Shown one piece after another: positions 1 to 13,050 of a DNA stretch of 64,000 nucleotides (the stretch's first letter is position 1; each line of letters opens with the position of its first letter). The notes under the pieces are model-generated. The model was given only the letters and a program-made list of their open reading frames with translations, was not told where the DNA came from and searched no databases. Source of the stretch: the human T2T-CHM13v2.0 reference genome, Homo sapiens. The position numbers and the translations under genes are program-made. The DNA lies in assembly GCF_009914755.1 (NCBI RefSeq), contig NC_060930.1; one strand, 5' to 3'.

Positions 1-499
1 TAACTGGTCACCACCAGGCCAGCCCAGTGGATACCTGGGGAGGCCAGCTGAGGCAGGAATGGAGGCGTGGGTGCAAGACTCTGGGCTTGCAAGGGGCAGG
101 GTGGATTGAGCTGCTGCTGCCACCAAATACACAACCTGCCAGCAACAAAGATGAATGCTGTGCCCCTACAGGCTCCATCCCTCTAGGAGGCCTTGGTCAC
201 TCGGTGGTGAGTTGACCACATTGGACCCTGTCAGTCATTTAAAGACCAGCTCTTCTCATGGATAGAAATGGACACAGTACTTTCCTTCCTGCAGGCCCCC
301 AGCCACTACATTAATGAGAAGAATAGGATTCTTTTTTAAGGAGCTAGCATTTGCTAGACTGGTCTTCAGAGTTACAGCTCCCTATCATCAAGTTGATTGC
401 AAACATTCATCTGCAAACAGCTCTCTTAGCTCATGAGCCATGCAAAACCAGCTGGTGGCTGAATGCGGCCTGTAGCCATCATTTTATATGCATCATTAC

Positions 500-700
500 T
501 GAGTCTTATGTAACAGTACAGATGTGCCACCACATCTGTGTGTCAGGTGGCAAGAAGAAAAAGAAGGACATGGACATCAATTATTTTTGAAGGAGACTTC
601 CGAAGTCCCACACAATACTGCTAACATCTTGCCCAGAACTTGGTCACGTGGCCACACATTCCTGCAAAGGAGGCTGGGAAATGCAGTTGTTTACTCCCAT
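500..700 (-). mobile_element. Old MaLR LTR fragment (MLT1J/K-like)
   Basis: 'ccagaacttggtcacgtggccacac...gcaaaggaggctgggaaatgcagt' resembles an old MLT1 consensus. Confidence 0.55.
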
Positions 701-819
701 TGTTAGAACTCTCTATGAATCTTAATTTTCATCAGTTTACTTCATTTGTTAGGAGCTACTGATAGACTCAAGTAAAATTGTAATTCTCCAAAGAACTTAA
801 AATAAAGACATTGATGTTA

Positions 820-990
820 ATTAAATATAAAACAAATACCTAATAGAGACAATCAGCCAAGCTAAAACAACTCTCTTAAGAATACAATAAAAATTGGCAA
901 GTCTTTGGTAACATTAGTCAAGAAAAATAGGAGAAGGCATAAATAACCAAAATAGCCCATGCGAAGAGGGACAGAATTCCAGAGGCTGCG
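820..990 (+). mobile_element. Old L1 (L1M) ORF2 fragment
   Basis: A-rich 'caataaaaattggcaagtctttggtaacattagtcaagaaaaa...ataaataacc', typical of L1 ORF2. Confidence 0.55.
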
Positions 991-1419
991 GGAGGATTCT
1001 GGTCTGGCTGGAGATGCTGGTAACTTCTCTGTCTTGCCAATATGAACTTCTTAGCATTGCTCAAAGCTGTCCTCTGTGCTCACAGCCCACCCCTCTGCTG
1101 GCGGCTTTCACATGTTCTGTTGCCCTGGTCCCTCCTTGGCCCCTCACCTCTGCCCTCTTCCATCTCACCTGTGCTGTGCTTTCAGACTCTTGCAGCCTCC
1201 AGAAGAAATCCTAGACCACTCAGCATCCAAAGCCCTTCTTGGGCTATTGCTGGTCTCTTTTCCAGCTCTATTGTCTAGTCCTAAATTAAAACACAGACGA
1301 TTCTCCAAATTTCTCCTTGTAACTGCCTCCTTCCATAATCTTGCTCAGGACTCTTCTACTTTTCTTCTCAGAGAACACAAATGTAATCAAGTAAAATGTT
1401 ACCATTTCTCCAAGGTTCC

Positions 1420-1782
1420 TGATATGGTTTGGATTTATATCCTTGCCAAATTTCATGTCAAACTATGATCCCCCATGTTGGAGGTGGGGCCTGGTGGGAG
1501 GTGATTAGATCATGAGGCGGATTTCCCCCTTGGTGCTGTTCTCTTGACAGTGAGTTCTCGTGAGATCTGGTTGTCTAAAAGTGTGTAGCACCAGCCATGC
1601 ACAGTGCTGACTCCCCCTTTGCCTTCTGCCATGATAGGAAGCTTCCTGAGGCCTCCCCAGAAGCAGAAGCCACTTTGCTTCCAGTACAGCCTGCGGAACT
1701 GTGAGCCAATTAAATCTCTTTTCTTTATAAATTGCCTAATCTCAGGTAGTTCTTTATAGCAGTGTGAGAACAGTCTAATACA
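1420..1782 (+). mobile_element. MST (MSTA-like) solo LTR
   Basis: TGATATGGTTTGG...CTAATACA termini; near-TSD gttcc/gtccc. Confidence 0.88.
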
Positions 1783-1829
1783 GTCCCCAAGTTGGAAACC
1801 AGACTTCTCCCCAACTCCTATAATAATTT

Positions 1830-2345
1830 TTGTATCTTTTTATCTTGACATCATTTCACATACATAGAAAAGCTGCCTGAGTAATAAAAAGAAGTTCTGT
1901 GTACCATTTCCCAGATTCACAGACTACTCACATCTTGCCTTACTTTTTTCTTCCTCTGCACACATGTGTGCTTGTACGCACACACACACGCACACATACA
2001 CATTTTATGAAACACATACACACATTTTATGACATGTGAGAGTAAATTAGAAACATGTTGCCTCCTTTTTCTTAAGTGCTTCTGTGTGTATGTCTTCAGA
2101 CCAAGGACATTTTCTTGCATAACCACAGTGCAATAATCAAAATTAGAAATTGTAACATTGGTACAGTACTATTATCTAACCCAAAGTCTATATTCCAGTT
2201 TCATCAATTGTCCCAATATGTCCCTTATAGCTGTTGTCCCCAAACCAGGATCAATCCAGGAGCACTGGCTGCCCTTGGTTACCATGTCCCTTTGGTCTCC
2301 TTCAATTTGGATCAATTCCTCAACATTGGTTTGTCTTTCTTACAG
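1830..2345 (-). mobile_element. L1MC-like 3' end fragment containing a CA-rich tract
   Basis: 'caaggacattttcttgcataaccacagtgcaataatcaaaattagaaat...ccaggatcaatccagga' matches antisense L1MC 3' UTR. Confidence 0.65.
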
Positions 2346-2829
2346 GACTGTGAATGGATTTGTCTCACAGACCTTAACAATTGCTCCCTCATATAATGGC
2401 TATTTATGTACATTATTCATGTCCCTTGCCAACCATTCGACTCATCTGAGGGGTGATCAGTGTGTGGCACAACTTTCAAGCTTGCCCAGCATTTCCCAAA
2501 GTGCCTGGCACATTCTAGATTTGTTACGAACAAAAGGACAGCTGTCCCAGTATTTGGAGAGGTTGCTTTGTAGGAATACTTCCTAGCTCCAAAGAATCTG
2601 TCTCAATTAATGGTGCACCTGGAAACTGAAGATGATTCCTACATTTTGATAAAGAAGGTGGTGGGCCAAGGAGAGGAGAGAGATTTTTTAAATATTTCCA
2701 TAAAATTGAGAGCGAAGAGCACAAAGCAAGACCACTCAGGCCTTAGTCCTTGTCCTGTGCTGTGGACTCCATGCCCTGCCCCAAGCAGTCTCAGGAGCAG
2801 ACGTGTCAACCTTCCTTCACAGAGGAGTT

Positions 2830-3495
2830 TAGTCTATGTTTAGTCTCTTTTTTTGAACTGGATCTTTTCTATTAACATTTAAACATGTTCATGCCTCTTT
2901 CACCTTAAAATACAAGCCCTCACTATACTTCAGTTGTCCATCTTTCCCAGTGACTCTATCGGTAGTTATGAACAAGAATGGCATCGGTGTCACCAAACTG
3001 AAGGGATGTTTTCCAGACCTTAGCTCACTTGGCCTTCAGCACTATTAAACCCTCTCCATCACGGACTTCAGAAAACACTCTCTTATTCTGGCTTCTCAAG
3101 ACACCGCGCCCTGGGTCTCCTCAGACACCGCGCCCTGGGTCTCCTCAGACACCGCGCCCTGGATCTCCTCAGACACCGCGCCCTGGGTCTCCTCAGACAC
3201 CGCGCCCTGGGTCTCCTCCTGCCTCTGCGGTCACATCTATGTTTCCTGTGAGTCTCCTTCTGCTCAACCCAGCCATTAAATATGAGCCTCCTCTGTGTGT
3301 GGAGCCTTCTCTTTGCACTTGCTACTCTCTCCCTCCTCATGTCAGCCTTGTCCATGGCTTTAACTGACACATATGTAAATGACTGAAATTTACACACCCA
3401 GGCCTGCCTTCTCCCTAGAGCTCCAGACCAAATATCTCACTGCTTCTTTGATGTCTCCATTAGTGCGTCTCAAAGGCACCCTAAACTCAACATGG
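2830..3495 (+). mobile_element. L2 fragment (hosts the 24-bp VNTR)
   Basis: 'ctccctagagctccagacc...tctcaaaggcaccctaaactcaacatg' are L2 motifs. Confidence 0.65.
3099..3218. repeat. Minisatellite, 24-bp unit TCAGACACCGCGCCCTGGGTCTCC x5
   Basis: Five near-identical copies, one G>A variant. Confidence 0.95.
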
Positions 3496-3499
3496 CTGG

Positions 3500-3612
3500 A
3501 TTGGTTTCCTAGGGGTGCAATAACCAAGTACCACAGACTTGGGGGCTTCAATAGCAGAAATGTGTCCTTTCACGATTCAAGAGGCCAGTAGATCAAGGTG
3601 TGGGCAGAGGTT
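3500..3612 (-). mobile_element. MLT1 LTR fragment
   Basis: 'tttcctaggggtgcaataaccaagtaccacagacttgggggcttcaatagcagaaat...atcaaggtgtgggcag'. Confidence 0.65.
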
Positions 3613-4663
3613 GACAACTGTTCTACCCAGTGAGGCACAGGCAATGTGTTAGCTGTGGGTTGGCTGTCATCACTGGGTCAGGGATCTGATGGGTTTTGGA
3701 TGTCCCATTGCAGGCAGAGCCACAGTGAAGTCTCTTCCCTCTCTCTCAGCCTGAGGGACTGAAGCTCCCCCTTCCCCAGACCTGAATGGAGAATGAACAA
3801 GTGTCAGCCCCCACTGAAGACCACACAGAAAAAGACATGAGACCTTGGGGAGGGGAGTGAGGAGGAGAGAGCAGAGAATGAGGAGATTGAAAGATCTGAG
3901 GGGTGGGGGTAAGAAGGTACAAGAGGAAGGGCACCCCCAAAATCCAGAATTAAGGCACCCCATTGTGAGCTGCCCGTGAGTCCAGGGCAAGTACAGAGAA
4001 CAGCAAATAAGGTAGAGAATCCAGCCCTGTATTTGCAAAGTGCTGTGATGGACGGGCCTCTAGGCCAGCGCAAAGAATGACTAATGCTTTTTTGGATGTG
4101 TGTGCCCCGGCCGGCCCCCCCACCCTGCTTCTCCTCCAGGCAGCACCCTTGCCTTTGGCCAATGTGGACTGCAGGGAGCCGGTGTGGACGGTGGGGTCAA
4201 AGCCTGGGGGAAACCAGCTTGGTCTGAGAATGCCTTTGTGGCTGGCCTTGCCACCTCTCCTCTCCCTGACATGAAGCTGATATATCCTTAGGGCCATTTG
4301 TTCCTTTCTTCAGAACACTGATCACAGTGGACACTCTCATTTATTTGTGTGATAATTGTCCTATTTCTGGCTCTTTGAAGGTCATGGGTAACTGGGGGCT
4401 GGTTTTTTTCTCATTGTTTCAATTCTCATGCATATTAATTAGTCCCTTAAAAAGTATTCATTGTCTGATAACTAAATAAATAAATTGATTTACTCTTTTC
4501 TGTGAAGACATTGGCTACTATGGCTATTTTGAAATATAAGGGAATAAATATATTTAGCCAAGAAAAAGCCATGAAACATACTTTCCAATTACAGATAATA
4601 TTCATCCTAAATATGTAACTGTAATTTCTCAAGGAATGAAAAAAATTATTTTAAAAAACTCTT

Positions 4664-4963
4664 GACCAGACACGGTGGCTCATGCCTGTAATCCCAGCAC
4701 TTTGGGAGGCCAAGACGGGAGGATTGTGAGGTCAGGATATCGACACCATCCTGGCTAATACCCCGTCTCTACTAAAAATACAAAAAATTAGCCGGGCGTG
4801 GTGGCGGATGCCTGTAGTCCCAGCTACTCAGGAGGCTGAAGCAGGAGAATGGCATGAACCCAGGAGGCGGAGCTTGCAGTGAGCATAGATTGCGCCACTG
4901 CACTCCAGCCTGGGTGACAGAGCAAGACTCCATCTCAAAAAAAAAAAAAAAAAAAAAAAGAAC
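4664..4963 (+). mobile_element. AluY
   Basis: AluY diagnostics (accatcctggctaa, ggagaatggcatgaacc, ggagcttgcag); poly(A); TSD aaaaactctt. Confidence 0.92.
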
Positions 4964-5645
4964 AAAAACTCTTAAAAGGATGTAAGTTTATATTTATTAA
5001 AATATATTTTTCTCACGTGGCATGTTTTATTCTGAAACTCAGGGCATCATCTTGTTTTAGACGCACGTGTTAACACCTCAGTTCTGTGTTCTGATCCAAT
5101 CTGAGTGAACGGGAAAATTTAACCCATTCACTTTAAATATAATAAAGTGAAGGAGTGATGAAAGAATGCCAACAAGGACAGGCTGTGTTCTGTTCAAAAG
5201 AAGGTGAAGTTGTCTGAGATTACAGCAGCCTGATTTTGTCAATTTCCCCATTGCTAAGGCCCCAGTCCCCTTCCAGTTTCCAACTGAGGCCCACAGCACT
5301 TTTGACTGAGCCCAGTTGATTTTTCAGAGTCACCAGCCTCCTTCCCTGAGATAATCCCCTCCCTCCATCTTTTCCTCCCATTTCCTGGCACCCAGAACTT
5401 TCACATTTCATCCTGTATCAAAATGGTGTGCTCAGAAAAGGATGCAACTTTCAAAGGCCTAGAGTGACCAGCTTAGCAACTGAGAGGCTTAGCAGCTTCT
5501 CAGGAACTTACATTTAAGCTTTGAGACGAATTATGGAATCAACACCTTTGTTTCCAAGTAAAAAATTTTCTAGATCAAGCAAGCGATATTTTGGAGATTA
5601 AACTGTAACTACAGTTTAGCATACTGATACTTTTTAAACAAATAG

Positions 5646-6309
<664 letters not shown>

Positions 6310-8289
6310 TTATTACAAAATGAGAAAAGAGGGCATACTTTCTCCCCAGGCCCCTAGGCAAGATTTGGTCACAGCACATAGCAAAGGGAATTTCTCTTTG
6401 GTGACTATTCAACAGGATGAATTCCTGCTATCTATGATCAGCTACGTATTGACATCAGGGAGGGTTCGGGGCACAGAATGCTCTCAGTGCTTCATTTTGG
6501 CTACATATCTCCCTCTATCAAGTTTCTAGTGTCAGAACAAAATTTGTAGACATTGCTTGGATGATCCAGATAATTAACTGGCAACGCTGAAATTCCCAAA
6601 AAATAAAGGCTTTTGTGCTACTGTCTTCTACAACAATACAATGATCAAAATGCATAGCAGGAGCAACTGGTAAATGAAAAGGAAAACAAAACTTTAGGTC
6701 AGGTATTCCAGTGTGTCCTTGGGACACCTCAGTGAGCATGTGGCCTCTATGTGCACATTAACTGCTTCTTACATCACAAGGAATTTACTGACATCCTTCA
6801 CTGAAGGTCAAGATCATGCGGCTTCTGGTAGCCTCGCCACATGGTGCCAGGAGTCTCCAGTCATGGAGTTCATAATGGAGCCCCTCCCGCAGGGGCTGGC
6901 AATGCCACAGAAAGTTTTCTCAGGCTATTTTGGGAATCGTATTCCCAGCGAGAAATGAGGAAGGCAGACTCACGTGAAACTGGAAAGGATGTGGGGAGAA
7001 AATAACTTACTAAACGTCGTGGGGCTGGAAAGGAAGAAGGAGTACACAAGTTCAGGCTTATTATTATTATTTTTTTAATGGGAGAAAGGCTGTAGGAGTC
7101 ATTCTGTGTACTCACCTGGGTCCTGAGGGAGGAGCTGTGCTCACAGGTGTGGTGTGGATGCATGGCACTCATGTTCCCACCCTCCTCCCAATCCGGCTAG
7201 ATGTCCTGGCAGACCCCAGACTGGGTTTATGTTTGTGGAGTTTATGGGACTTTAGTTATTGGCTAAAAGAGGAAAATTTCAGGAAATGAAGTGTTTTAGT
7301 GCCTCCAAAAGAAGCCAGGAGCAGTGGCCAATGCTGGAGCTGGGATGGCGTCCGTCCTGCCAGACCTGAGGTTTGGAGTGCCTGGGGGAAAGGGGACAAA
7401 CTGGAAACTGAAGGAACTCTGTGCAAGACTCTGAGACGTGGAGCAGAAGCTTCATGGCCAGGTGGCAAGACAATGCAGAGCCACCTGGAAGCCAGCTCAT
7501 CCACCCTCCACCCAGAGGTCCAGGACCAGGGCTCTGGTGCCCTGACAGCTCCAGGCAGCACAGAGCCAGACAGGAGAAGGGTGGAGGCAGCCACCTGCTT
7601 AGGGACATACTAGCTGCAGGGCCGATGGGGACCCTCAGGACCCCAAAGCAGGACCACAGGTCAGGCTCACTTCGGAGGGTGCAGGGAGGCCCCGCCATGG
7701 TGGGGAGGCCTGTGGGGTGGTGGGAGGCAGGCTGGGAGCTGATTCAGCGGGTAAGAGCGGAAAGCCCTCAGCCCTCATAACATAGGCAGACCTGCCAAAA
7801 TAATATTATTTCCTCCTAAAGGCTGGAGAGCCCTAGAACATTCAGTCTAGATTCTCATATCAAAAGCAGTTGTGTGGGCTTATCTTAAGAGACCCTGATG
7901 AGATGGAATACAACCATTCTCCCTTGAGGGAAAAAACAAAACAAAACACAAATAGGCACTCTGTGTGTCAGGGTGAAGTTTAGGGGCTTCTTTTAAATAG
8001 TCCTCCCCTTCTGGCCCCCCAAAATCCCCAGGAACTGAATCTGCATCATAGAAAGTAGTTCCATGAGGCCAGTGCCTCCTGCGGGCAACCTGCCCCCAAG
8101 CCTCACCCTCAAAAAAATGTTAAACACAAAACATCAAGAACAACACTTAAATTGAGGCCTGGTTTGGGCAAAAGACTCTAGCTGTTTGCCATGGGAAGGC
8201 TTCCTTCCTTTCCGTATTTTTAGAGGACAAAGAAGGAAAAAGGATTCTACCTTTATTTTTATATCAAAACATATTTTTTCCAGGGGCAA

Positions 8290-8705
8290 TGTAGTAGGCT
8301 GAACAGTATATCAGCGCAAAAGATACATCTACACCCTCACCCTTGGAAGCTCTGAATGTGATTTTATTTGGAAAATGGGTCTTTGAAGATGTAATTAAGT
8401 TAAGGATCTCAACATGAGCTTATCCTGAATTATGCAGGTGGATCCTAAATTCAATGCCAAGTGCCTGAGCTGCACAGAGGAGAGAAACACAGGGAGAAGA
8501 GGAGAAGGCCATGGGGAGATGGAGGCAGAGAAGGGAGCCATGCAGCCACAAGCCCAGGAATGCCTGCAGCCACAAGAAGACAGAAGAGGCTGGGAACAGA
8601 CCCTCCCCTAGAGCCTCAGGAGAGAGAACAGTCCTGTTGACACCTTGATCTTGGGCTTCCGTCCTCCAGAACTATGAGATAATAGAGGTCTGTTGTTTTG
8701 AGCCA
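8290..8705 (+). mobile_element. MLT1B/C-like MaLR LTR
   Basis: 'tgaatgtgattttatttggaaaatgggtctttgaagatgtaattaagttaaggatctc...ctccagaactatgagataata'. Confidence 0.82.
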
Positions 8706-9402
8706 GGAACTGGGTCTTCTTTACATTTTAGCCTACACTCTTCATCCTTCCCTGTCATTCAGTCCTGTTCAGGAGACGGCAAAAAGCTTTCTGATGTTTT
8801 TATTTGTGACTCTCCCTCAAAGCTAATTAACACAAGAGTGAACACTGAAATAACTGAAGTTTGAACTGAGTAGCCGAAGAAATGAAATACATTGTGAGAA
8901 GCCTCAGTTTCAAATGCCAGCAGCCCCACCAGAGGACTTGGCTGATGACAGGCATGCCTGAAGTTCGGTGAGATTTATTATACCATTCAGGAATGGCCCA
9001 TTTCACCATCCCCATGGGAACTCTTAACACTTTTGAAGTCGGGGGAGGCATAAAAAACGTTAGAAGCTCAGAGATGGGGGAAAGCTGGTATTCTTGTCAC
9101 ACATGGTTGAGTCAGGAGACACCGCCCAAGGTTCCTAGGACAAGAAATCAAGATTTAATAACTTTATTTAAACACATAACTCAAAATTATCTGTAGCAGT
9201 AAAACACTTAGAGGACTATAGGGAAAAATTGATTATGTTTTTCAGAAAGGAGTCACTAGATACTATCAAGGGTTACTAAACAAGAAACAGAAGCCTAGGC
9301 TTATTATTCCACATTACAGCAGTAACTTTCAAGAGGACTGAAAACTGAAATTATTAAAAAATGGTCAACCCTGGGAAGTGGCACTGAGGAAGGGGAAGGG
9401 TT

Positions 9403-9848
9403 TGTGAAAGTCGTCAAAATCAAAATGGAGTCACTTGTGTTAAACAAAACAAAACACCCTGACAGACAGAACTGGGAAGGCAATGAAGAGAGGGTTCTTA
9501 CACTTTGTATGCCTGATAACAAAACTCTCACAAAAGATTCTGCAGAAACCACAACCTTGCACAAAGGCCATTGCAACTTACACAGAAAATACTTCTGCGG
9601 GGACATCTGTTTAGCAGCTGCCTGTCCAACCTTGGACAGACATCAGCCTTGTGATTGATCCTTGTAGCCAAGGATAATCATTTGAAAGCAAGTGTGTCAT
9701 CCTCTTAATCTTTCCTTTAAAAACCTGTCTTCCTTTACCTCCCTGAATATGCATATAGTTTACCACGGTGCACGTATTCCCACTGCAATGCCCTAGTCCT
9801 GAGGAAGCCTCTTTTTCCTTTAGAGAGCCTCTGTTATTTAAGGTGACA
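9403..9848 (+). mobile_element. ERV solo LTR (LTR47/MER72-like), apparently inserted in an old L1 3' end
   Basis: TGTGAAAG...TCAAAATGGAGTCAC start and ...TGACA end; 'accacaaccttgcacaaaggcc'. Confidence 0.7.
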
Positions 9849-10512
9849 AGTTGCATGATAGGCTGTTGTTTTCCATATTTCCTTTTATATCATTTAGTTT
9901 TCATATGCATGTATTATTTTAACGAAATGTTTCAAAATAAAGTAATCCAACAGTAAAATATGTTTCCAAAGTAGAGATGGAGGGAGAGTGAAGAAGGAGT
10001 AGAGGAGGCTGGAGAGCCATAGAATGGGGCCCCTCTTTCCTAGTCCCGGGTATCAGGTACCAGCTCCCAGAGAGGACAACTTGTAATGGACTGCAGAGTT
10101 CCCAAAAGGTCTCTGGTGTCACAGGGCCCCTGCTTGTGCCTATGCCTGAGGGCCCACATTTCATAAGCCACCTTTGGCACACTGGGGAGCGTCCATGCCA
10201 AGCTTGGCTTGGCTCACAAATCCGTGAAGACTGGGAATATGGGGGGATTTAAAGATTGACGTAAATCATCCAGGATGCTTTTTGTCCAAGAGTAGAAGTG
10301 CTGATGATGTCTAACTGGTCTTGATTTCGTTTGAAAAGGTATCCCTACCATTAGTATCTGTAGCAAGTGGCATGGCACGTTGCCAGCATTCATGGACTTG
10401 CAAGGCAGCCAGAAAATGCCGGGGTAAATTTGGAGTTGGAAGAGGTTTAATTTTTTTTATTAGAAAGGGGTAGAGAAGAGAGAAGTCATTTCCATCTAGT
10501 TCCACACAGTTT

Positions 10513-10555
10513 CCTCTCCCTCTCTCTCTCTCTCTCACTCTCTCTGCCTCTCTCC
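10513..10555. repeat. (TC)n microsatellite
   Basis: Imperfect CT dinucleotide run. Confidence 0.8.
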
Positions 10556-11004
10556 ATTTAAAATTTATTTCAAAGATGGGTTTTGGAAGGCAATTTTGAT
10601 TATGTAGGGGATATGTAGCTATGTCTGTCAAAGACAAAAAAAAAAATGAACCCTTTCACTAGGTACTGGAGAAGGCTGTGCTCGGAAATGCAAGGCACTA
10701 TCTACCACTCAACAATTTTGGGGGTAAAAATCTCACTTTTTGTATTCTTCACCAAGTTTGTTCAAGAATTCAGGCATTTGCTGTTTACCATCTAAAGCCC
10801 ATAGGAGCAATGAGGACAGCTTCTCTACAAGATTCGGGAGACAAGGGAGAGTGGATGACAGCAGCTGTGATCTCCTCCGCATTCCTCAGGGCAAGTTCTT
10901 CTTGGGAAAATGTAAATTAATTTGCAAATGTAGAGCCAGGAACCTGGGAAATTAATCACTAATGCTGATACAGACCTGGAACACATAAATATAGAAAGGA
11001 CTCA

Positions 11005-11280
11005 GAGCTCTAATTTGGGAGTAAAAAACCTGGGTTTAAATTCCAACTCTGCTTCTTAGTGGTGGCTTATTTGTTTGTCTGAACTTCAGTCTCTGAAAAA
11101 GAAGAAAGCAGAATGACCAGGTGCAGAAATCACTGGCTTTAGAATCTAATGGACTTGTATTTGAATTCTGGATTTGTGTGGATTTACCCTCTCTGAATCC
11201 TGGTTTACCCTATGAAATTGGGCATAAAGATTAAAGGAGACGAAGTGTGCAAAAATATTGGGGACAGTGTAGTGAATATT
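11005..11280 (+). mobile_element. Two MIR fragments
   Basis: 'acctgggtttaaattccaactctgc' and 'ggctttagaatc...ttgaattctgg' MIR heads. Confidence 0.55.
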
Positions 11281-12039
11281 CCACCAGAAGAGGTAAGAGC
11301 TGAGGAGGTAAAAATAAAATAAAAGTCTGCCTATGAAAGTGAGGTAGGAGAAAGAGGGAGGAGAGGCGGGAAGGACTGAAAGTGAGAAAGAATCCCGATT
11401 TTGAGGACATGACTGGGAAGAAGACTCTCAGTTGTTCCTTGTCTTAGCAAAATTAAAGGTCCATTGGCTTAATGATATAAGTAGATCAGATATGATGAGT
11501 CACCATATATTTTGGGGTCCATTTGCTACTGCAGCTATGCCTACGCTGCTATTGATGACAACTGGAGCTGAGGGGTAGTGGAGATTGCCCAAGGGGAGTT
11601 TGTAGGAGAGCAATTTGGACAGAACCCCATGGAATGCTCGAGTGAGAGGAGTGGACAGAGGGAAAAAGAACCCACTAAGATGTCTGAGGAGTGGGCTTTG
11701 GGGCCGTTCAGAAGCCAAGGGAAGAAAGTGGCCCACAGAGTGGTTGCACATTCTTTAAGGAGGAAGGTTCAATGGCATGAAACACTGCCAGGGATACAAG
11801 TAATGACCTTGCCAGAAGGAGGTCTTGAACAATCGTGTCAAGATAGTGGCATGGTGAGGACAGGGTAAGTGGACACAGTGGGGTAATGAGGGCAAGGGGA
11901 GAAGTGGTAGTTGCAGAAAGATGTGCTTTCTTCCTTCTTCTTTTCTTTCTTTTCAGTTCTTTCCTTCATTCCTCCTTCTTTTTCTTCTTTGAGCAGAGGC
12001 CATGTTTAAATTCTAATGAAAAAAGGGAAATTAAAGATA

Positions 12040-13050
12040 CAGGCAAATAATTTCCAAAACTCTCATCTACTGTCCAGGTGGCTGTCTCCTTCCAGGTGTC
12101 TTGTGTCCAGGTGGCTATCTCATGTCCAGGTGGCTGCCTCATGTCCAGGTGGTTGTCTCATACCAGGTGGTTTTCTCATACCCGGTGGCTGTCTCATACC
12201 AGGTGGTTGTCTCATGTTCAGTTGGCTGTCTCATGTCCAGGTGGCTGTCTCATACCAGGTGGCTGTCTCGTGTCCAGGTGGCTGTCTCATGTCCAGGTGG
12301 CTCTCTCATATAACAAATTTGTTGCCAACCCAATGGCTCCCTCTGGGTGTCCCTTGGACACTTGAATTTCAACATGTCTAAAACTGGCTTTCCTGTTTTT
12401 TCTCCCAGTCTCTTGCTTCTCTTATCCTCCTGCCTGGCTCCACCATCCATCCTCCCAATGGCCAAGTCAGATGCCTATGGACCACCAAAAAATCCAACTT
12501 CTCCCTCCCCACACAGTGCTGGCTTGCTGCCTCTTAACACCCACTGTCACCCCTTAGTAGGTGTCCTCACTGTCTCTCCAGGGACTACTGACAGAGTTTT
12601 CTGAATGGCTACCTTGTCTATATCCTCATTTCCTTAAGATCTTTCCGCAATTAAATAACGTAGTCTTTCAAGGAATTCTTCTCCTTTGGGATTCCAGCTG
12701 TAGGAGAAGGTTTGTAGCATTCCAAATGTGATGTGGCTTTCTTGTCTTTACCTGTTTGCATTCATCATCCTCAGCCTGGAGTGGCTTCTTATCCTCATGG
12801 CTCAGACCCAACTCCAGGGCTGAGTCTTTTCTGATTCCCAGACAGAACTGAGGACCACCTTTCCTTTGTCTGGGGACAAAACTAGTATTCTGATCTGACT
12901 TCATATATCTCTCTGTTCCTTCTATCCTACAGAGCACATTCTTTCAGGGCAAGGATAATATCTTATTAACCTCCGTACGCCTAGTAGCTGGTTCAATAGT
13001 AGGAGCTCCATGAATGAACAAATGAATGCATAAATGAATAAATTAAATGA
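12040..13050 (+). mobile_element. L2 3' portion (hosts the 19-bp minisatellite)
   Basis: 'ttcaacatgtctaaaact', 'tctttcagggcaaggata', and TGAA-repeat tail at ~13010-13050. Confidence 0.65.
12071..12310. repeat. Minisatellite, 18-19-bp unit TGTCCAGGTGGCTGTCTCA, ~13 copies
   Basis: Directly visible tandem array with TG-T/TA- unit variants. Confidence 0.95.

Noticed and set aside
3029-3397. ORFs with repeated TPRPGSPQ / RRPRARCL peptides
   Set aside because: Translations of the 24-bp VNTR.
12016-12465. Repetitive ORFs and a CRISPR-like appearance
   Set aside because: Head-to-tail minisatellite with no unique spacers, eukaryotic context and no cas genes. The CCAGGTGGC core also lacks the 5' part of a CTCF site.
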